This document shows, one piece after another, positions 52,502 through 63,200 of a DNA stretch of 64,000 nucleotides; the first letter of the stretch is position 1; each line of letters begins with the position of its first letter. The position numbers and the translations under genes were made by a program. The notes beneath the pieces were generated by a model that was given only the letters and a program-made list of their open reading frames with translations, was not told where the DNA came from and ran no database searches. Source of the DNA: Pirellulales bacterium (GTDB taxonomy: Bacteria > Planctomycetota > Planctomycetia > Pirellulales > UBA1268). The stretch is from the NCBI GenBank assembly GCA_044358905.1, contig JBIKND010000001.1, positions 5,476-69,475 of the forward strand, read 5' to 3'.

Positions 52502-54322
52502 ATGCCCGCTCGCGCCGCCGTTTGCGTCTGGCTCGCCGTAACGACCGTGGCCGCGCTCGCGAGCGAGCCTGCAGCGCCGGCCGATGGGCCGATCCGCGAC
52601 CCTGCGGGCGTGAAGGGCTACGCCGTCCACGAGTGGGGCGTGTTCACGATCCATCCCGACCTGGAGATGGCCAACGCGGCGCTGGCCGCGGAGTGGGCCG
52701 ACTGCCCGAAGGAGCTTTACCGCACCGAGCCACCGAACCTGCGAAACCTGCCGTGGCGGGGGACGGTGGCAAAGCCGATCGTCTACTTCCACTGGGACGG
52801 CGAGCAGCCGCCGCCGGAGCAGGGCCTGAAGATGAAGGTGCGGTTTCCAGACGGGCGGCCGGTGATCTGGTGGCCGGCGAGCGAGGAAGGGGCAGGAACC
52901 GCGCCGGCTGGTCAGGAGGTGACCGACTCCCTCTCCTGGCGGCTCTTCCTGCGGAAGCCGCCGAAGGGGGATGGCCCGGCCGGCGCGCGACCGCGCACGC
53001 CGCAGGTCGCCGCCGACCATTGGTACGCGCAGGCACGGACGGTGAAGGCCGAGCCGGTGTTTTCATACGGCGGTCATAACCACATAGGCACCTTCATCGA
53101 CGCCGAGCAGTTCGTCTACTACGACGGCCTGATGACGCCGCTGGCGTTCCTGAAGGCACGCCGCACACCGGCGGGCGCGATCGTCCTCGACGCGAAGGCC
53201 CCCTATCCGCTCCACGACCTGTGGTGCATCGACCGCACCGGCAACTCGGCAAAACTCGCCCGCGTGCCGCTGGTGCCGCCGGGCGAGAAAACGCTCGACC
53301 TCGACTGGAAAACCGTGGCCGACGACGACTGGCATGCCGCCACGGCGGAGGCGCTCGCCGCCGAGCTCGAACAGACGGGCCTGCACGCCGACGAGGCCCG
53401 GTCGCTCGTCGCCATCTGGCAGCCGGGATTTTTTCACGCGCCGGGCCTGACGCTCTTCTATCGGCTGCCGCAGCGGGAGTACGACCGGGTGACGACGCTC
53501 GCGCTCGACCCGCTGCCGGAGACGCTCGTCCGCGTGGGGATCGTGCACCATGCGCACGCCGAACCGGAGCGGGTGGCCGGTGAAAAACCGGCGGCGGCAG
53601 GCGAGCCGGCGGGCGGGCGGGGCGGCCCGCCGGCTGGCATGAAACCCCTGCGACTGGAAAAGCGGCTGACGGCCGCCGACGCCACGAAACTGGCCACCGC
53701 CGATCACGACCTCTGCCTGTTCGGGGGCTCGGAACTGACGGCCGACGTGGTCGCACGGCTCGCCCCGCACCGACACCGGCTGACGATCGTCGGGCCCTGC
53801 GCGATCGACGACGCCGCGGCCCGGGGCTTGGCCGGCCACGCCGGGCCGGTCTCCGTGCAGGGTATCGCGGTCGAGTCGCCGGAACTCGCCCGAAAACTGC
53901 TCGACGATCCTGTGCGCGGCGGCATGAACGGCGCCGCCGCAATGTCGGCCGAGGTCGCGGCGCTCGCCTGCGCTCACCCGAACTGGACCGGTGATTTTTC
54001 CGGGTTGAAAACGCTCTCTCCCGGCGTGGCCGAGGCCCTCGTCGCGGCGAAGAAGTGGGATGGCCGGTTGCCGGGCGTGACGGCATTCACGGCCGCCGAC
54101 TCGGTCGAGGTGGCGAAGGCGCTGGCAAAACGCACGGGCCCGCTCGCCCTCCCGAACCTCAAAAAAATCTCCCCCAAGACGCTCTCGGCCCTGATCGAGA
54201 AGGCAGACGTCGACATCCCGCTCGTCGAGACGCTCGAACTGATCCCCGAGCCCGACGGCAGCCCGACCGACGACTTCGTGGTGCCGGAAGGTTTTCAGCA
54301 GCGGCAGAAGCAAAACAGGTAG
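52502..54322 (+). CDS. Secreted hypothetical protein (606 aa) with an unknown N-terminal domain and a C-terminal leucine-rich-type region ending in the conserved ISPKTL...PEPDGSPTDDF module
   Basis: The signal is MPARAAVCVWLAVTTVAALASEP. The C-terminal 60 aa are nearly identical to the C-terminus of the 36647..39298 product and to the fragment at 55098..55676. Confidence 0.75.
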   Translation: MPARAAVCVWLAVTTVAALASEPAAPADGPIRDPAGVKGYAVHEWGVFTIHPDLEMANAALAAEWADCPKELYRTEPPNLRNLPWRGTVAKPIVYFHWDGEQPPPEQGLKMKVRFPDGRPVIWWPASEEGAGTAPAGQEVTDSLSWRLFLRKPPKGDGPAGARPRTPQVAADHWYAQARTVKAEPVFSYGGHNHIGTFIDAEQFVYYDGLMTPLAFLKARRTPAGAIVLDAKAPYPLHDLWCIDRTGNSAKLARVPLVPPGEKTLDLDWKTVADDDWHAATAEALAAELEQTGLHADEARSLVAIWQPGFFHAPGLTLFYRLPQREYDRVTTLALDPLPETLVRVGIVHHAHAEPERVAGEKPAAAGEPAGGRGGPPAGMKPLRLEKRLTAADATKLATADHDLCLFGGSELTADVVARLAPHRHRLTIVGPCAIDDAAARGLAGHAGPVSVQGIAVESPELARKLLDDPVRGGMNGAAAMSAEVAALACAHPNWTGDFSGLKTLSPGVAEALVAAKKWDGRLPGVTAFTAADSVEVAKALAKRTGPLALPNLKKISPKTLSALIEKADVDIPLVETLELIPEPDGSPTDDFVVPEGFQQRQKQNR

Positions 54323-54415
54323 CCATGCTGCGGGTGCCGCGAACCGCGGCCCCGGGTGTCCCCTTGCCACGCCGGTCGGTTTGCCGTGTGTTCACAGGTC
54401 ATGTACACTGGTCAC

Positions 54416-54640
54416 ATGAAAATCTCCGCTTCGGCATTCAAGGCCCGCTGCCTGCGGCTCCTCGACCAAGTCAATCGCACGGGCGAGGAACTGGTCATTC
54501 TCAAGCGCGGCCGTCCGGTCGCCCGCCTCGTGCCTGCCCGCGAGGACAAACCATGGCTGGCGCTTCGCGGCCGCGGGGCGTTCGTCGGTGATCCATTCGC
54601 GCCCGTGATTACCGAGGCGGAAATCGAAGCCCTGCGATGA
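54416..54640 (+). CDS. Type II antitoxin, Phd/YefM (prevent-host-death) family
   Basis: Lies inside ORF 54356..54640. I trimmed it to MKISASAFKARCLRLLDQVNRTGEELVILKRGRPVARLVP (ATG at 54416). It is 74 aa, and its stop overlaps the vapC ATG (ATGA). Confidence 0.85.
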   Translation: MKISASAFKARCLRLLDQVNRTGEELVILKRGRPVARLVPAREDKPWLALRGRGAFVGDPFAPVITEAEIEALR

Positions 54641-55041
54641 CCAGGCCGCTGCTCGACACGCACACATGGGTCTGGTGGATGCTCGGCGATCCACGGCTGC
54701 CGGCCCGCGAACGCGACCACCTCGACGGGCTGCCTGCGGCGTCTCGGCCGCTGCTCTGCGACATCAGCCTCTGGGAAGTCGCGCTGCTCGTGCAGTTCGG
54801 CCGGCTCGACCTCGCCGACGATCTCGAGACCTGGCTGGGAATCGCCGCGTCGCCCGCCACCGTCGAAATGCAACCGATCACGTCCGCGGCCGTGGCGGCG
54901 ATGACGAAGCTTCCCAGGAGTTTTCACCAGGATCCGGCCGACCGCCTGATCGTGGCGACGGCACGGGCTCTCGACGTGCCCCTGGCCACGCACGATTCGC
55001 GCATCCGGCGGTCACGGCTCGTGCGGCTCTGGCCCGCCTGA
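54637..55041 (+). CDS. vapC: Type II toxin, VapC family PIN-domain ribonuclease
   Basis: 134 aa. The PIN acidic residues appear in context: LLDTH, SLWEV, DPADRLIVATA, THD. Confidence 0.9.
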   Translation: MTRPLLDTHTWVWWMLGDPRLPARERDHLDGLPAASRPLLCDISLWEVALLVQFGRLDLADDLETWLGIAASPATVEMQPITSAAVAAMTKLPRSFHQDPADRLIVATARALDVPLATHDSRIRRSRLVRLWPA

Positions 55042-55097
55042 TCCAGTCGGGAACGTTTCGGGAGTGCGGCGCATCGACGGATGGGCCGGCGTTCCCC

Positions 55098-55676
55098 GTG
55101 GATCGCGTCGACATCCCGCGGCTCCCACATCAGGGAGTATTTCCGCTGGAAAAGCGGCTGACGGCCGCCGAGGCCAGGAAACTGGCCGCCGCCGATCACG
55201 ACCTCCGCCTGTTCGGGGTCTCGGAACTGACGGCCGACGTGGTCGAAAGACTCACCCCGCACCGACATCGGCTGACGCTCGTCGGCCCATGCGAGATCGA
55301 AGCCAGCGCGGCCCGGGCCTTGGCCGCCCATGCCGGGCCCGTGTTCCTGCAAGGAACCAGGCTCGATTCGCCGGACCTCGCCCGCAAACTGCTGGCCGTT
55401 CCTCGGTCTGCTCGATCCGGAATCGACGGCGTCTGCGAAATCTCGGCCGAGGTCGCGGTGGCAACGGCGCTGGCAAAACGCAAGGGCCCGCTCGCCCTCC
55501 CGAACCTGAAAAAAATCTCCCCCAAGACACTCACGGCCCTGATCGAGAAGGCAGACGTCGAGATCCCGCTCGTCGAGACGCTGGAACTGATCCCCGAGCC
55601 CGACGGCAGCTCGACCGACGACTTCGTGATCCCACCGTGGCTTGAATCGAGGCAGAAAGGTCCAAGCCGGCCATGA
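55098..55676 (+). pseudogene. Truncated paralog or remnant of the 3' third of gene 52502..54322. It lacks an ATG and a signal peptide; an in-frame GTG at 55098 is possible.
   Basis: This is the 3' part of ORF 54666..55676. Homology to 53654-54322 begins at 55146 (PLEKRLTAAEARKLAAADHD versus LEKRLTAADATKLATADHD). An internal segment of about 45 aa is missing. The 5' part of the listed ORF is an out-of-frame overlap with vapC. Confidence 0.45.
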
Positions 55677-55732
55677 ACGGGCCCGGCTGACTGCCGTGTG
55701 GCTCTCGCGGGTCGCCGATCTACACTGGTGGC

Positions 55733-56455
55733 ATGAAGGTCTCCCTGTTCATTCCCTGCTTCGTCGACCAGATGGCCCCCCGGGTGGGCATGGCCGTGGC
55801 CACCGTGCTCGAGCGGCTCGGGCACACCTGCGAGTTCCGCGCCGCCCAGACGTGCTGCGGGCAGCCGAGTTTCAACGCCGGCTACTGGGACGAGGCCCGG
55901 GCCGTGGCGATCCGCACCGTGGGCGTGTTCGAGGGCGCCGAGGCGGTCGTGGGCCCGAGCGGCTCCTGCGTGGCGATGCTGCGGGTTTTTTATCCGCAAC
56001 TGCTCGAGGGCACGCCCCACGAGACCGCCGCCCTCGACCTCGCCGCGCGGACGTTCGAGTTCGGCGAGTTCCTCGTCAAGAAACTCGGCGTCACGGACGT
56101 GGGCGCCCGCTTCCCCCACCGCGTCACCTACCACGACGGCTGCCACGGCCTGCGGGAACTCCGCGTCAAGGAAGAGCCGCGGGCGCTGCTGCGGGCCGTC
56201 CGCGACCTGGAGCTCGTGGAGTGCGACGAGCCGGAGAGCTGCTGCGGCTTCGGCGGGCTGTTCAGCGTGAAGTATCCGATGATCTCCACGGCCATGGCCG
56301 AGGTGAAGGGCGGATCGCTGGCCCGCACCGAGTGCGACTACATAGTCTCCAGCGACCCGTCGTGCCAGCTGCAGCTCGACGGCTGGCTGTCGCGGCAGGG
56401 CAAGCAGCCGCGGACGATCCATCTGGCCGAAGTGCTCGCGGGGGCCGACGCATGA
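55733..56455 (+). CDS. lutA: L-lactate utilization protein LutA, (Fe-S)-binding CCG-domain oxidoreductase
   Basis: 240 aa. It has MKVSLFIPCFVDQM and two CCG motifs (QTCCGQP, ESCCGFGG). Confidence 0.9.
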   Translation: MKVSLFIPCFVDQMAPRVGMAVATVLERLGHTCEFRAAQTCCGQPSFNAGYWDEARAVAIRTVGVFEGAEAVVGPSGSCVAMLRVFYPQLLEGTPHETAALDLAARTFEFGEFLVKKLGVTDVGARFPHRVTYHDGCHGLRELRVKEEPRALLRAVRDLELVECDEPESCCGFGGLFSVKYPMISTAMAEVKGGSLARTECDYIVSSDPSCQLQLDGWLSRQGKQPRTIHLAEVLAGADA

Positions 56456-57885
56456 CGCCGCACGCCGCCGCCCAGCCGCCGGTGCACGAGGCCACCGAAC
56501 CCAGGCTGGCCAAGAAAAAGTTCCTCCACGACGCGGCCGAGCACGTCCGTGACTCGGGCCATCGGGCGTTCGTCCGCAAGGCGCTCGGCGGCTACTACAC
56601 CACCCGCGACGCCCAGAAGGCCCGCTACCGCGACTGGGAACAGGCCCGCGACGCCGCCAGCCTCGCCAAGTGGTCGGCCGTCAACCGGCTCGACGAACTG
56701 TTGCCCGTGTTCGCGGCGAACTTCGCGGCCAACGGCGGGCAGGTCCACTGGGCCCGCGACGCGGCCGAGGCCCGGGAGATCGTGCTCGGCCTGCTCCGCG
56801 CCGCCCATGCCAAGGCCGTCATCAAGAGCAAATGCATGACGAGCGAGGAGATCCATCTCAACGCCGCTCTTGAATCCGACGGCTACGGCGTGGTGGAGAG
56901 CGACCTCGGCGAGTTCATCCAGCAGCTCCGTGGCGAGCCGCCGTACCACTTCGTCTTTCCCTGCATGCACGTCCGCCGTGACGAGATCAGCGACCTGTTC
57001 CAGAAGCACCTCGGCAGTGCGGCCACGCACGAGCCGGAGGAACTGACGATGATCGCCCGCCGCCACATGCGGCGACTCTACGTCGAGGCCGACGTGGGCA
57101 TCACCGGGGCCAACTTCCTCGTCGCCGAGACCGGGCAGATCTCGATCACCGAGAACGAGGGCAACGCCCGGCTCACCGCCGGCCTGCCGCGGGTGCACAT
57201 CGCGATCGCGGGCATCGAGAAGGTGGTCGAGCGGCTCGACGACCTGGCCGTGCTGTTGCCGATGCTGGCCACGGCCGGCACCGGCCAGCCGCTCACCTGC
57301 TACAACACGCTCTACTCCGGCCCGCGGCGCGCGGAGGAGTGCGACGGCCCGGAGGAGATGCACGTCGTCCTCCTCGACAACCGCCGCACGGAACTGCTCG
57401 CCGATCCCGAGCAGCGCGATGCCCTGCATTGCATCCGCTGCGGCGCCTGCCTGAACGTCTGCCCGATCTTCAAGAACGTGGGCGGCTTCACCTACGGCAC
57501 GACCTACCAAGGCCCGATCGGATCGGTGATCACGCCACACCTCCGCGGCCTGGCCGACTGGAATCACCTCTCGGGCGCCAGTTCCCTGTGCGGCGCCTGC
57601 ACCGACGCCTGTCCGGTGCGGATCGACATCCACCACCACCTGCTCCACAACCGCCGCAACGCCGCCCGCACGGCGCCGTCGCGGCTCGAGAAACTCGGCC
57701 ATCGGCTGTTCGTCGTCGCCGCGTCGCGTCCGCGGCTGTTCGCCGCCGGGGGCTGGCTGTTCCGCAAGTCGCTGGGGATGTTGAAGGTCCTGAAACCGCC
57801 GCTCCTCGGAGCCTGGCTCGCCACGCGTGACCTGCCGCCGGCGCCGCCGCGGAGCTTCCGCAGCCAGTGGAGGCGGCGCGGATGA
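56452..57885 (+). CDS. lutB: L-lactate utilization protein LutB, 4Fe-4S iron-sulfur protein
   Basis: Lies inside ORF 55642..57885. I trimmed it to MTPHAAAQPP (ATG at 56452, ATGA overlap with the lutA stop). It has a LUD-type domain plus CIRCGACLNVCP and CGACTDACP. Confidence 0.9.
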   Translation: MTPHAAAQPPVHEATEPRLAKKKFLHDAAEHVRDSGHRAFVRKALGGYYTTRDAQKARYRDWEQARDAASLAKWSAVNRLDELLPVFAANFAANGGQVHWARDAAEAREIVLGLLRAAHAKAVIKSKCMTSEEIHLNAALESDGYGVVESDLGEFIQQLRGEPPYHFVFPCMHVRRDEISDLFQKHLGSAATHEPEELTMIARRHMRRLYVEADVGITGANFLVAETGQISITENEGNARLTAGLPRVHIAIAGIEKVVERLDDLAVLLPMLATAGTGQPLTCYNTLYSGPRRAEECDGPEEMHVVLLDNRRTELLADPEQRDALHCIRCGACLNVCPIFKNVGGFTYGTTYQGPIGSVITPHLRGLADWNHLSGASSLCGACTDACPVRIDIHHHLLHNRRNAARTAPSRLEKLGHRLFVVAASRPRLFAAGGWLFRKSLGMLKVLKPPLLGAWLATRDLPPAPPRSFRSQWRRRG

Positions 57886-58604
57886 GCGGGCAAACGCCGT
57901 CCACGGCACGGGACACGATCCTGGCGCGGATCCGCGAGGCGCTGCAGGTGCCCGCACCGCCGCCGCACCTCCAGCCGCACGCAGCGGTACCCGCGGCGGC
58001 CGGCAGCCTGACGGTGCTGCCCTTGGAGGCGGCCCGGCCCTGGCTGCCCGACGGCGGCGACACGCCGGAACAGAGCCGGCGGATTCTCGGCGAGAACCTC
58101 GGCCGGCTGAAGGCCGAACTGCACACCGTCGCCGACACGGCCGCGGCGGCCGCCTTCCTCGGAGCGCTCGCCCGCGACCGCGGCTGGAAGCGAGTCGCCC
58201 TCCACGGCCATCCGCTCGTCGAGGCCGCGGTCCGCGAACTGCCCTGCGACACCTACCGCGTCGATGCCGGCACCTTCGACAAAGACGCCCTCGAGGCCTG
58301 CGACGCCGGAATCACCGCCTGCGAGGCGCTCGTCGCCCAGACCGGCTCGGTGCTCGTCTCGAGCGCGACCTGCGGCGGCCGCTCGCTCTCCGTGCTGCCG
58401 CACGTCCACGTGGTCGTGGCCACGGCCGACCAGGTCGTGCCCACGCTCGCCGACGCCCTCGATGCGGCCCGCAGCCGGTACGCCGGCCAACTCCCGAGCA
58501 TGCTGTCCTTCATCACCGGCCCGAGCCGTACCGGCGACATCGAGCGCATCCTCGTGCTCGGTGCCCATGGGCCGAAGGAACTTTTCGTGCTCCTCGTGGG
58601 CTAA
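57882..58604 (+). CDS. lutC: L-lactate utilization protein LutC (LUD domain)
   Basis: From ORF 57867..58604. The preferred start is MSGQTPSTARDTILARIREAL at 57882 (ATGA overlap with the lutB stop). The C-terminal sequence is PSRTGDIERILVLGAHGP. Confidence 0.85.
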   Translation: MSGQTPSTARDTILARIREALQVPAPPPHLQPHAAVPAAAGSLTVLPLEAARPWLPDGGDTPEQSRRILGENLGRLKAELHTVADTAAAAAFLGALARDRGWKRVALHGHPLVEAAVRELPCDTYRVDAGTFDKDALEACDAGITACEALVAQTGSVLVSSATCGGRSLSVLPHVHVVVATADQVVPTLADALDAARSRYAGQLPSMLSFITGPSRTGDIERILVLGAHGPKELFVLLVG

Positions 58605-58610
58605 GGCGCC

Positions 58611-60149
58611 GTGCCGCGGACATCGTTCATCGCGACGCTGATTGCCGCCGCCTGCGTCACGGAGCTCTTGGCGCAGGCCGGCGACCCCGCCGCGTTGCCG
58701 AACATCGTCATCCTCTACGCCGACGACATGGGCTACGGCGACCTCGGCGCCAACAACCCGCAGTCGAAGATCCCCACCCCGCACCTCGACCGGCTCGCCG
58801 CCGAGGGGATGCGGTTCACCGACGCCCACAGTTCGTCGGGCATCTGCTCGCCGTCGCGGTACGCGCTGCTCACCGGTCGGCACCACTGGCGGGATTTTCA
58901 CGGGATCGTGAACTCATTCGGAAAACCCGTCTTCAAACCGGGCCAGCTCACGCTGCCGGAGGTGCTCCGCCGACAGGGCTATGCGACGGCCTGCATCGGC
59001 AAGTGGCACCTCGGCTGGGACTGGGACGCGATCCGCCGGCCGGGCACGCCCCGCGACTCGATCGGCTGCGGCGACTTCGACTGGTCGCAGCCGATCCCCG
59101 GCGGCCCCTGCGACCACGGCTTCGACACCTACTTCGGCGACGACGTCATCAACTTCCCACCCTACACGTGGATCGAAAACGATCGCGTGACGGCGGCGCC
59201 CGACGCGATGCTGGCCGACGCCCCGTCGAATCCATTGGGGGGCAGATGGGAATGCCGCCCGGGCCCCGCCCGGAGCGACTGGGATTTCCACCGCGTGCTG
59301 CCCACGCTCACCGACCGGGCGGTCGAGTTCGTCCGCGGCCGCCGCGGCGACCCACGGCCGTTCTTCCTGTATTTCCCACTCCCCTCGCCCCACGCGCCGA
59401 TCATCCCCAACGCGGAGTTCCGGGGCCGGTCGCAGGCCGGCGCCTACGGCGACTTCGTCGTGCAGACCGACGACGTCTGCGGCCGGGTGCTCGCGGCGCT
59501 GCACGAGACCGGACTCGACGCGAACACGATCGTCGTGTTCACGGCCGACAACGGCGCGGAGCATTACGCCTACTCACGGGATGAACGCTTCGACCACTGG
59601 TCGAGCGGGCCGTTCCGCGGGGTGAAGCGGGATCTCTACGAGGGGGGCCACCACGTGCCGTTCCTCCTCCGGTGGCCGGGTGTGACGAAGCCCGGAACCG
59701 TGACCGACGCGCTCGTCTCCCAGGTGGACCTCATGGCCACGCTTGCCGCCGCCATCGGCATAGAACTGCCTCCGGACGCCGCCGCCGATTCGCACGACCT
59801 CCTCCCTTGGCTCACCGGCCGGGCCGCCGCCCCGCCGCGGACGACGCTCGTCCACAACACCAACCCGAAGCAGTACGCGATCCGTGACGGGGCGTGGCTG
59901 CTCGTCGACGGTCCGACCGGCGTGATGGAGCCGAAGCAGCGGTCCGCGCCCGCGGCCTGGCTCGAGAAGCACGACTATCCATCCGAAGACGACCAGCCGG
60001 TCGAACTCTACGACCTCGAGCAGGACGTCGGGCAACGGCACAACCTCGCCGCCGACCACCCGGCGAAGGTCGCCGCGTTGCAGGCTCTCCTGAAACAAAC
60101 CCGCGAAACGCCCCGCTCCGCACCCCTCGACCGCAGCGTCACGCCGTAA
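58611..60149 (+). CDS. Arylsulfatase (formylglycine-dependent, sulfatase family S1)
   Basis: 512 aa. It has a signal peptide, [16 protein letters not shown], and the CxPxR motif in [16 protein letters not shown]. Confidence 0.9.
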   Translation: MPRTSFIATLIAAACVTELLAQAGDPAALPNIVILYADDMGYGDLGANNPQSKIPTPHLDRLAAEGMRFTDAHSSSGICSPSRYALLTGRHHWRDFHGIVNSFGKPVFKPGQLTLPEVLRRQGYATACIGKWHLGWDWDAIRRPGTPRDSIGCGDFDWSQPIPGGPCDHGFDTYFGDDVINFPPYTWIENDRVTAAPDAMLADAPSNPLGGRWECRPGPARSDWDFHRVLPTLTDRAVEFVRGRRGDPRPFFLYFPLPSPHAPIIPNAEFRGRSQAGAYGDFVVQTDDVCGRVLAALHETGLDANTIVVFTADNGAEHYAYSRDERFDHWSSGPFRGVKRDLYEGGHHVPFLLRWPGVTKPGTVTDALVSQVDLMATLAAAIGIELPPDAAADSHDLLPWLTGRAAAPPRTTLVHNTNPKQYAIRDGAWLLVDGPTGVMEPKQRSAPAAWLEKHDYPSEDDQPVELYDLEQDVGQRHNLAADHPAKVAALQALLKQTRETPRSAPLDRSVTP

Positions 60150-60284
60150 GCCTTGCCGACTTCGTGGTGCGGGACTCGATCGCCGGAGTACATCCCCTCG
60201 ACGCGGTGCTTGGGGAAGGCAAAGTGAAGCGGGTACCACACCTACGTCGCGTGTGAAGGCGTCGGAGCATGCCCGCCCCTGGCT

Positions 60285-63200
60285 TCAGCTTTGCTTGGAT
60301 GCAGATCGACGGCGACCCATCCGGAACGCCACGGTCAGGCAAACGCCAGCCGCAGCCAGCACGATCGTCGACGGCTCCGGCACGGCCGCCATGATGGTCA
60401 TTCCGATCGGACCGGAAAGGAACTCGGTCGTCACCAATGGCCTAACATCGTCAGCAAGCGTCACCGACAGACTGGCCGGCGGCAGGTACGAGCCTTTCCC
60501 ATATAAACCTGATTGGCTGAGCAGGGAGATGTCGGTGGAGTTGACGTTACCCGAGTAGGTGAAGTCCCCCTGTACCCATACCGCACCCGTTCCCTTACCG
60601 AACTTTCCGCCGGCGATGATCAGACCGATGTCGGAAGAATTGACCAGCCCGTCGAGATTGGTGTCGCCGTACGCTGCCCAGGCCACGATCGCCGAGCCCG
60701 AGGTCAGCACACGGTAACCGACCACGGGGTTCGCGGACGTTTCCGACGCCTTGCCACCCGTGGTCACGATCCCGGCGGTGCCCGAGAATGAGCCGGTTCC
60801 CCGGCCTGCGATCAGGTCTGCCCTGAGGTCGGCCTCCGCGATGCCGCCCGGGGCGACGTTGATTCGCCCCTTGCCGATGTCGAGTTTCCCGCCGGTGGCC
60901 TGGTCGATCGCCAGACTCGAAAGATTGACCACCTGGCGGATGTTCGTCGGCAGGCTCACCTGGCCGCTGCCGCTCACCACGAGTCCCGGAGCGCCGGCGA
61001 CCGTGCCACTGGCGATCACGAACTGACCGATCCCGCCCGTGCCGCTGACGAGGAGCGTCGCACCGGCGGCGTCGAGCCGGCCGCCGTCGAGCGTCAGGCT
61101 CGGCGCCCGCATCGTCACGCCGGGCTCGATCTTGACCGCTCCGCCCGCCTGCACCCGCACTGTGCTCGCCGCCGTCGCCGCCGGGCTGGCGACCACGACC
61201 GTGCCGGTCTGCACCACCATGGCGCCGCCGATCGTGTTGGCCGCCGCCAGCGACAGCGTGCCAGGCCCGGCCTTCGTCAGGCCCGCCGTGCCGGCCAGTG
61301 GCGCCGCGAGCGTGGCGCTGGCTCCTGCTGCCACGTCGACCGCGTTCGCCGTGCCGCCGAGCGTGAGGCCAACGCCGGCCACCGTGTAGCCCGTCGCCGT
61401 GAACGCCAACCCGCCATTCGCCGCAACGGCCTCGCCGAGCGTGACCGTCCCGCCGGATCCGCTGAAGACGGCCCGCGCACCCGGCACCCAGGGGCGGACG
61501 GCCGTGCCGTCGAACCAGTTCGCCCCCGTCGTCGTCCACACACCGCTGCCGCCCGGATGCACGCCATCGCCGTACCAGGTCAGCGTGGAGGGGTTGGGGA
61601 TCATCTTCGGGGTGAAGACGATGTTCAGGTCGTTGCCTTGCTGGACGAGGCGGAACGTGCCGCCATCGAGTGCGTTCGTGAATCCGCCCGCGTCATGGGC
61701 GGCCGAAACATTGACGGCAAACTTCCCGGCGTCGAAGTTCGTGATGCCTGCGGCCGCCGTGGCGATCGTCCACGTGCCACTGGCCGCAGGGTTGAAGTTC
61801 ACGGCGGCGCCGTTGGAGTCGGGGCCGACGCCAGAGAGGCTCCACAGATTGATGTTGAATGGTGACTCCGTGGTGGCAGACACGTCGAGCACGCCGCCGA
61901 CGTTCACGAGATCCCAGCCGATCGAGGCTCCGGCCGTGCCGGCCGCATCATGGATCTGCCAGTTGTAGTTGCCGCCGGAGGCGAACGTGAGGCCGCCGCT
62001 GACGGTGAGCGTGCCGGGGCTGTTGCCCGGCATCAGCGTGCCACCGGCGTTCACGGTTGTGGTACCCACGACACCGGTACCCGCGAGCCGACCGCCGGCA
62101 TTCACCGTCACCGGACTGTTGGCGAGTGAGCCGTTCACGGCGAGCGTCCCGGCGTCAATGGCCGTCTTCGCGGTGAATGCCGGGCTGCTTCCCGACAGCG
62201 TCAGCGTCCCAGCGCCCTGCTTGATGAACTGTCCCGAGCCCGCAAGCGTGCCCGAGAACGTCGTGTTCTGGCCGTTCCCGCCCACGGCGACCGGTGTGTT
62301 CCAACTCCCCGGCACGTCGAACCGCCGCGAGCCCGTCAGACCCCCGATGTTCACCGTCCCAGAACTCACGTTGTACGACAGCGAACCCGTGTCCGCCGCG
62401 TTCAGGTCCAGCGTCGAACCAGCCAACGCGTTCGGATTCGACAGCCGCAGCGTGCCAGCAGCGATCCGCGTCGTGCCCGTGAACGAGTTCGATCCCGAAA
62501 GAACGAGCGTGCCAACCCCGCTCTTGATCAGGCTGATCGAATTCAACCCACCGTTGGGATTCCGCAGTCCGACATCTTGGGTGAACGACAATCCGCCGGC
62601 CACATCGATCCCCAGCATCGAACCGTCTCGGAAGCCGCTGCTGCCCGATCCCAGGGCCGTGAGTGCGGCCACGTCGGCAGAACTAAACTGCTCAAATCCC
62701 TGCCAGTTGCCACCCACTGCCAACGACAGCGTGGCGCCGGACTCAACCGTCAGGTTCTGGGCGGTCCAGGCTGCCGTGGTTCCACCGTTCAGCGTAAAGC
62801 GGTGCCCGAGATAAAGCGTGCCGGCCGTGACCCGTGTCGGCCCCGAGTAGGTATTGAAGCCGTAGAGCGCGAGCGTCCCGCTGCCAAGCTTCACGACGCC
62901 AAGTTGGTTTTCACCCAGGTTGGGATTCGCGATGCCGCTCGCGTGGCTGAAGATCCCGCCGATCGCGTTCGTCGTGTCCAAGCCCAGCAGCGCCCCCGGG
63001 GCAAACCCGCCGGTGGGTGTGCCCAAAGCGGCGATCTGCGACACCTGGGGGGACGTGAACTCAAAGCCCGTGTCACTGACGTTCAGCGTAAGCATGGCCC
63101 CGCTGCCGGTCACGATGTTCGCGGCCGTCCATGACCTGGTGTTGCCCGCGTAAAGGGACGTCGCCCACGGCAAGTGCAGGGCGCCCCCCACCACCCGGGT

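Noticed and set aside
54666-55097. The 5' portion of ORF 54666..55676, which would make it a 336-aa protein
   Set aside because: This part is an out-of-frame overlap with vapC, is Arg-rich, and has no similarity to the paralogs. Only the region from about 55098-55146 onward is homologous to gene 52502..54322.
36647-55676. The shared 3' modules as template and variable repeats of a diversity-generating retroelement
   Set aside because: No reverse transcriptase is in the window. The mismatches between copies are not adenine-specific. The conserved block is the least variable part of these genes, not the most variable.
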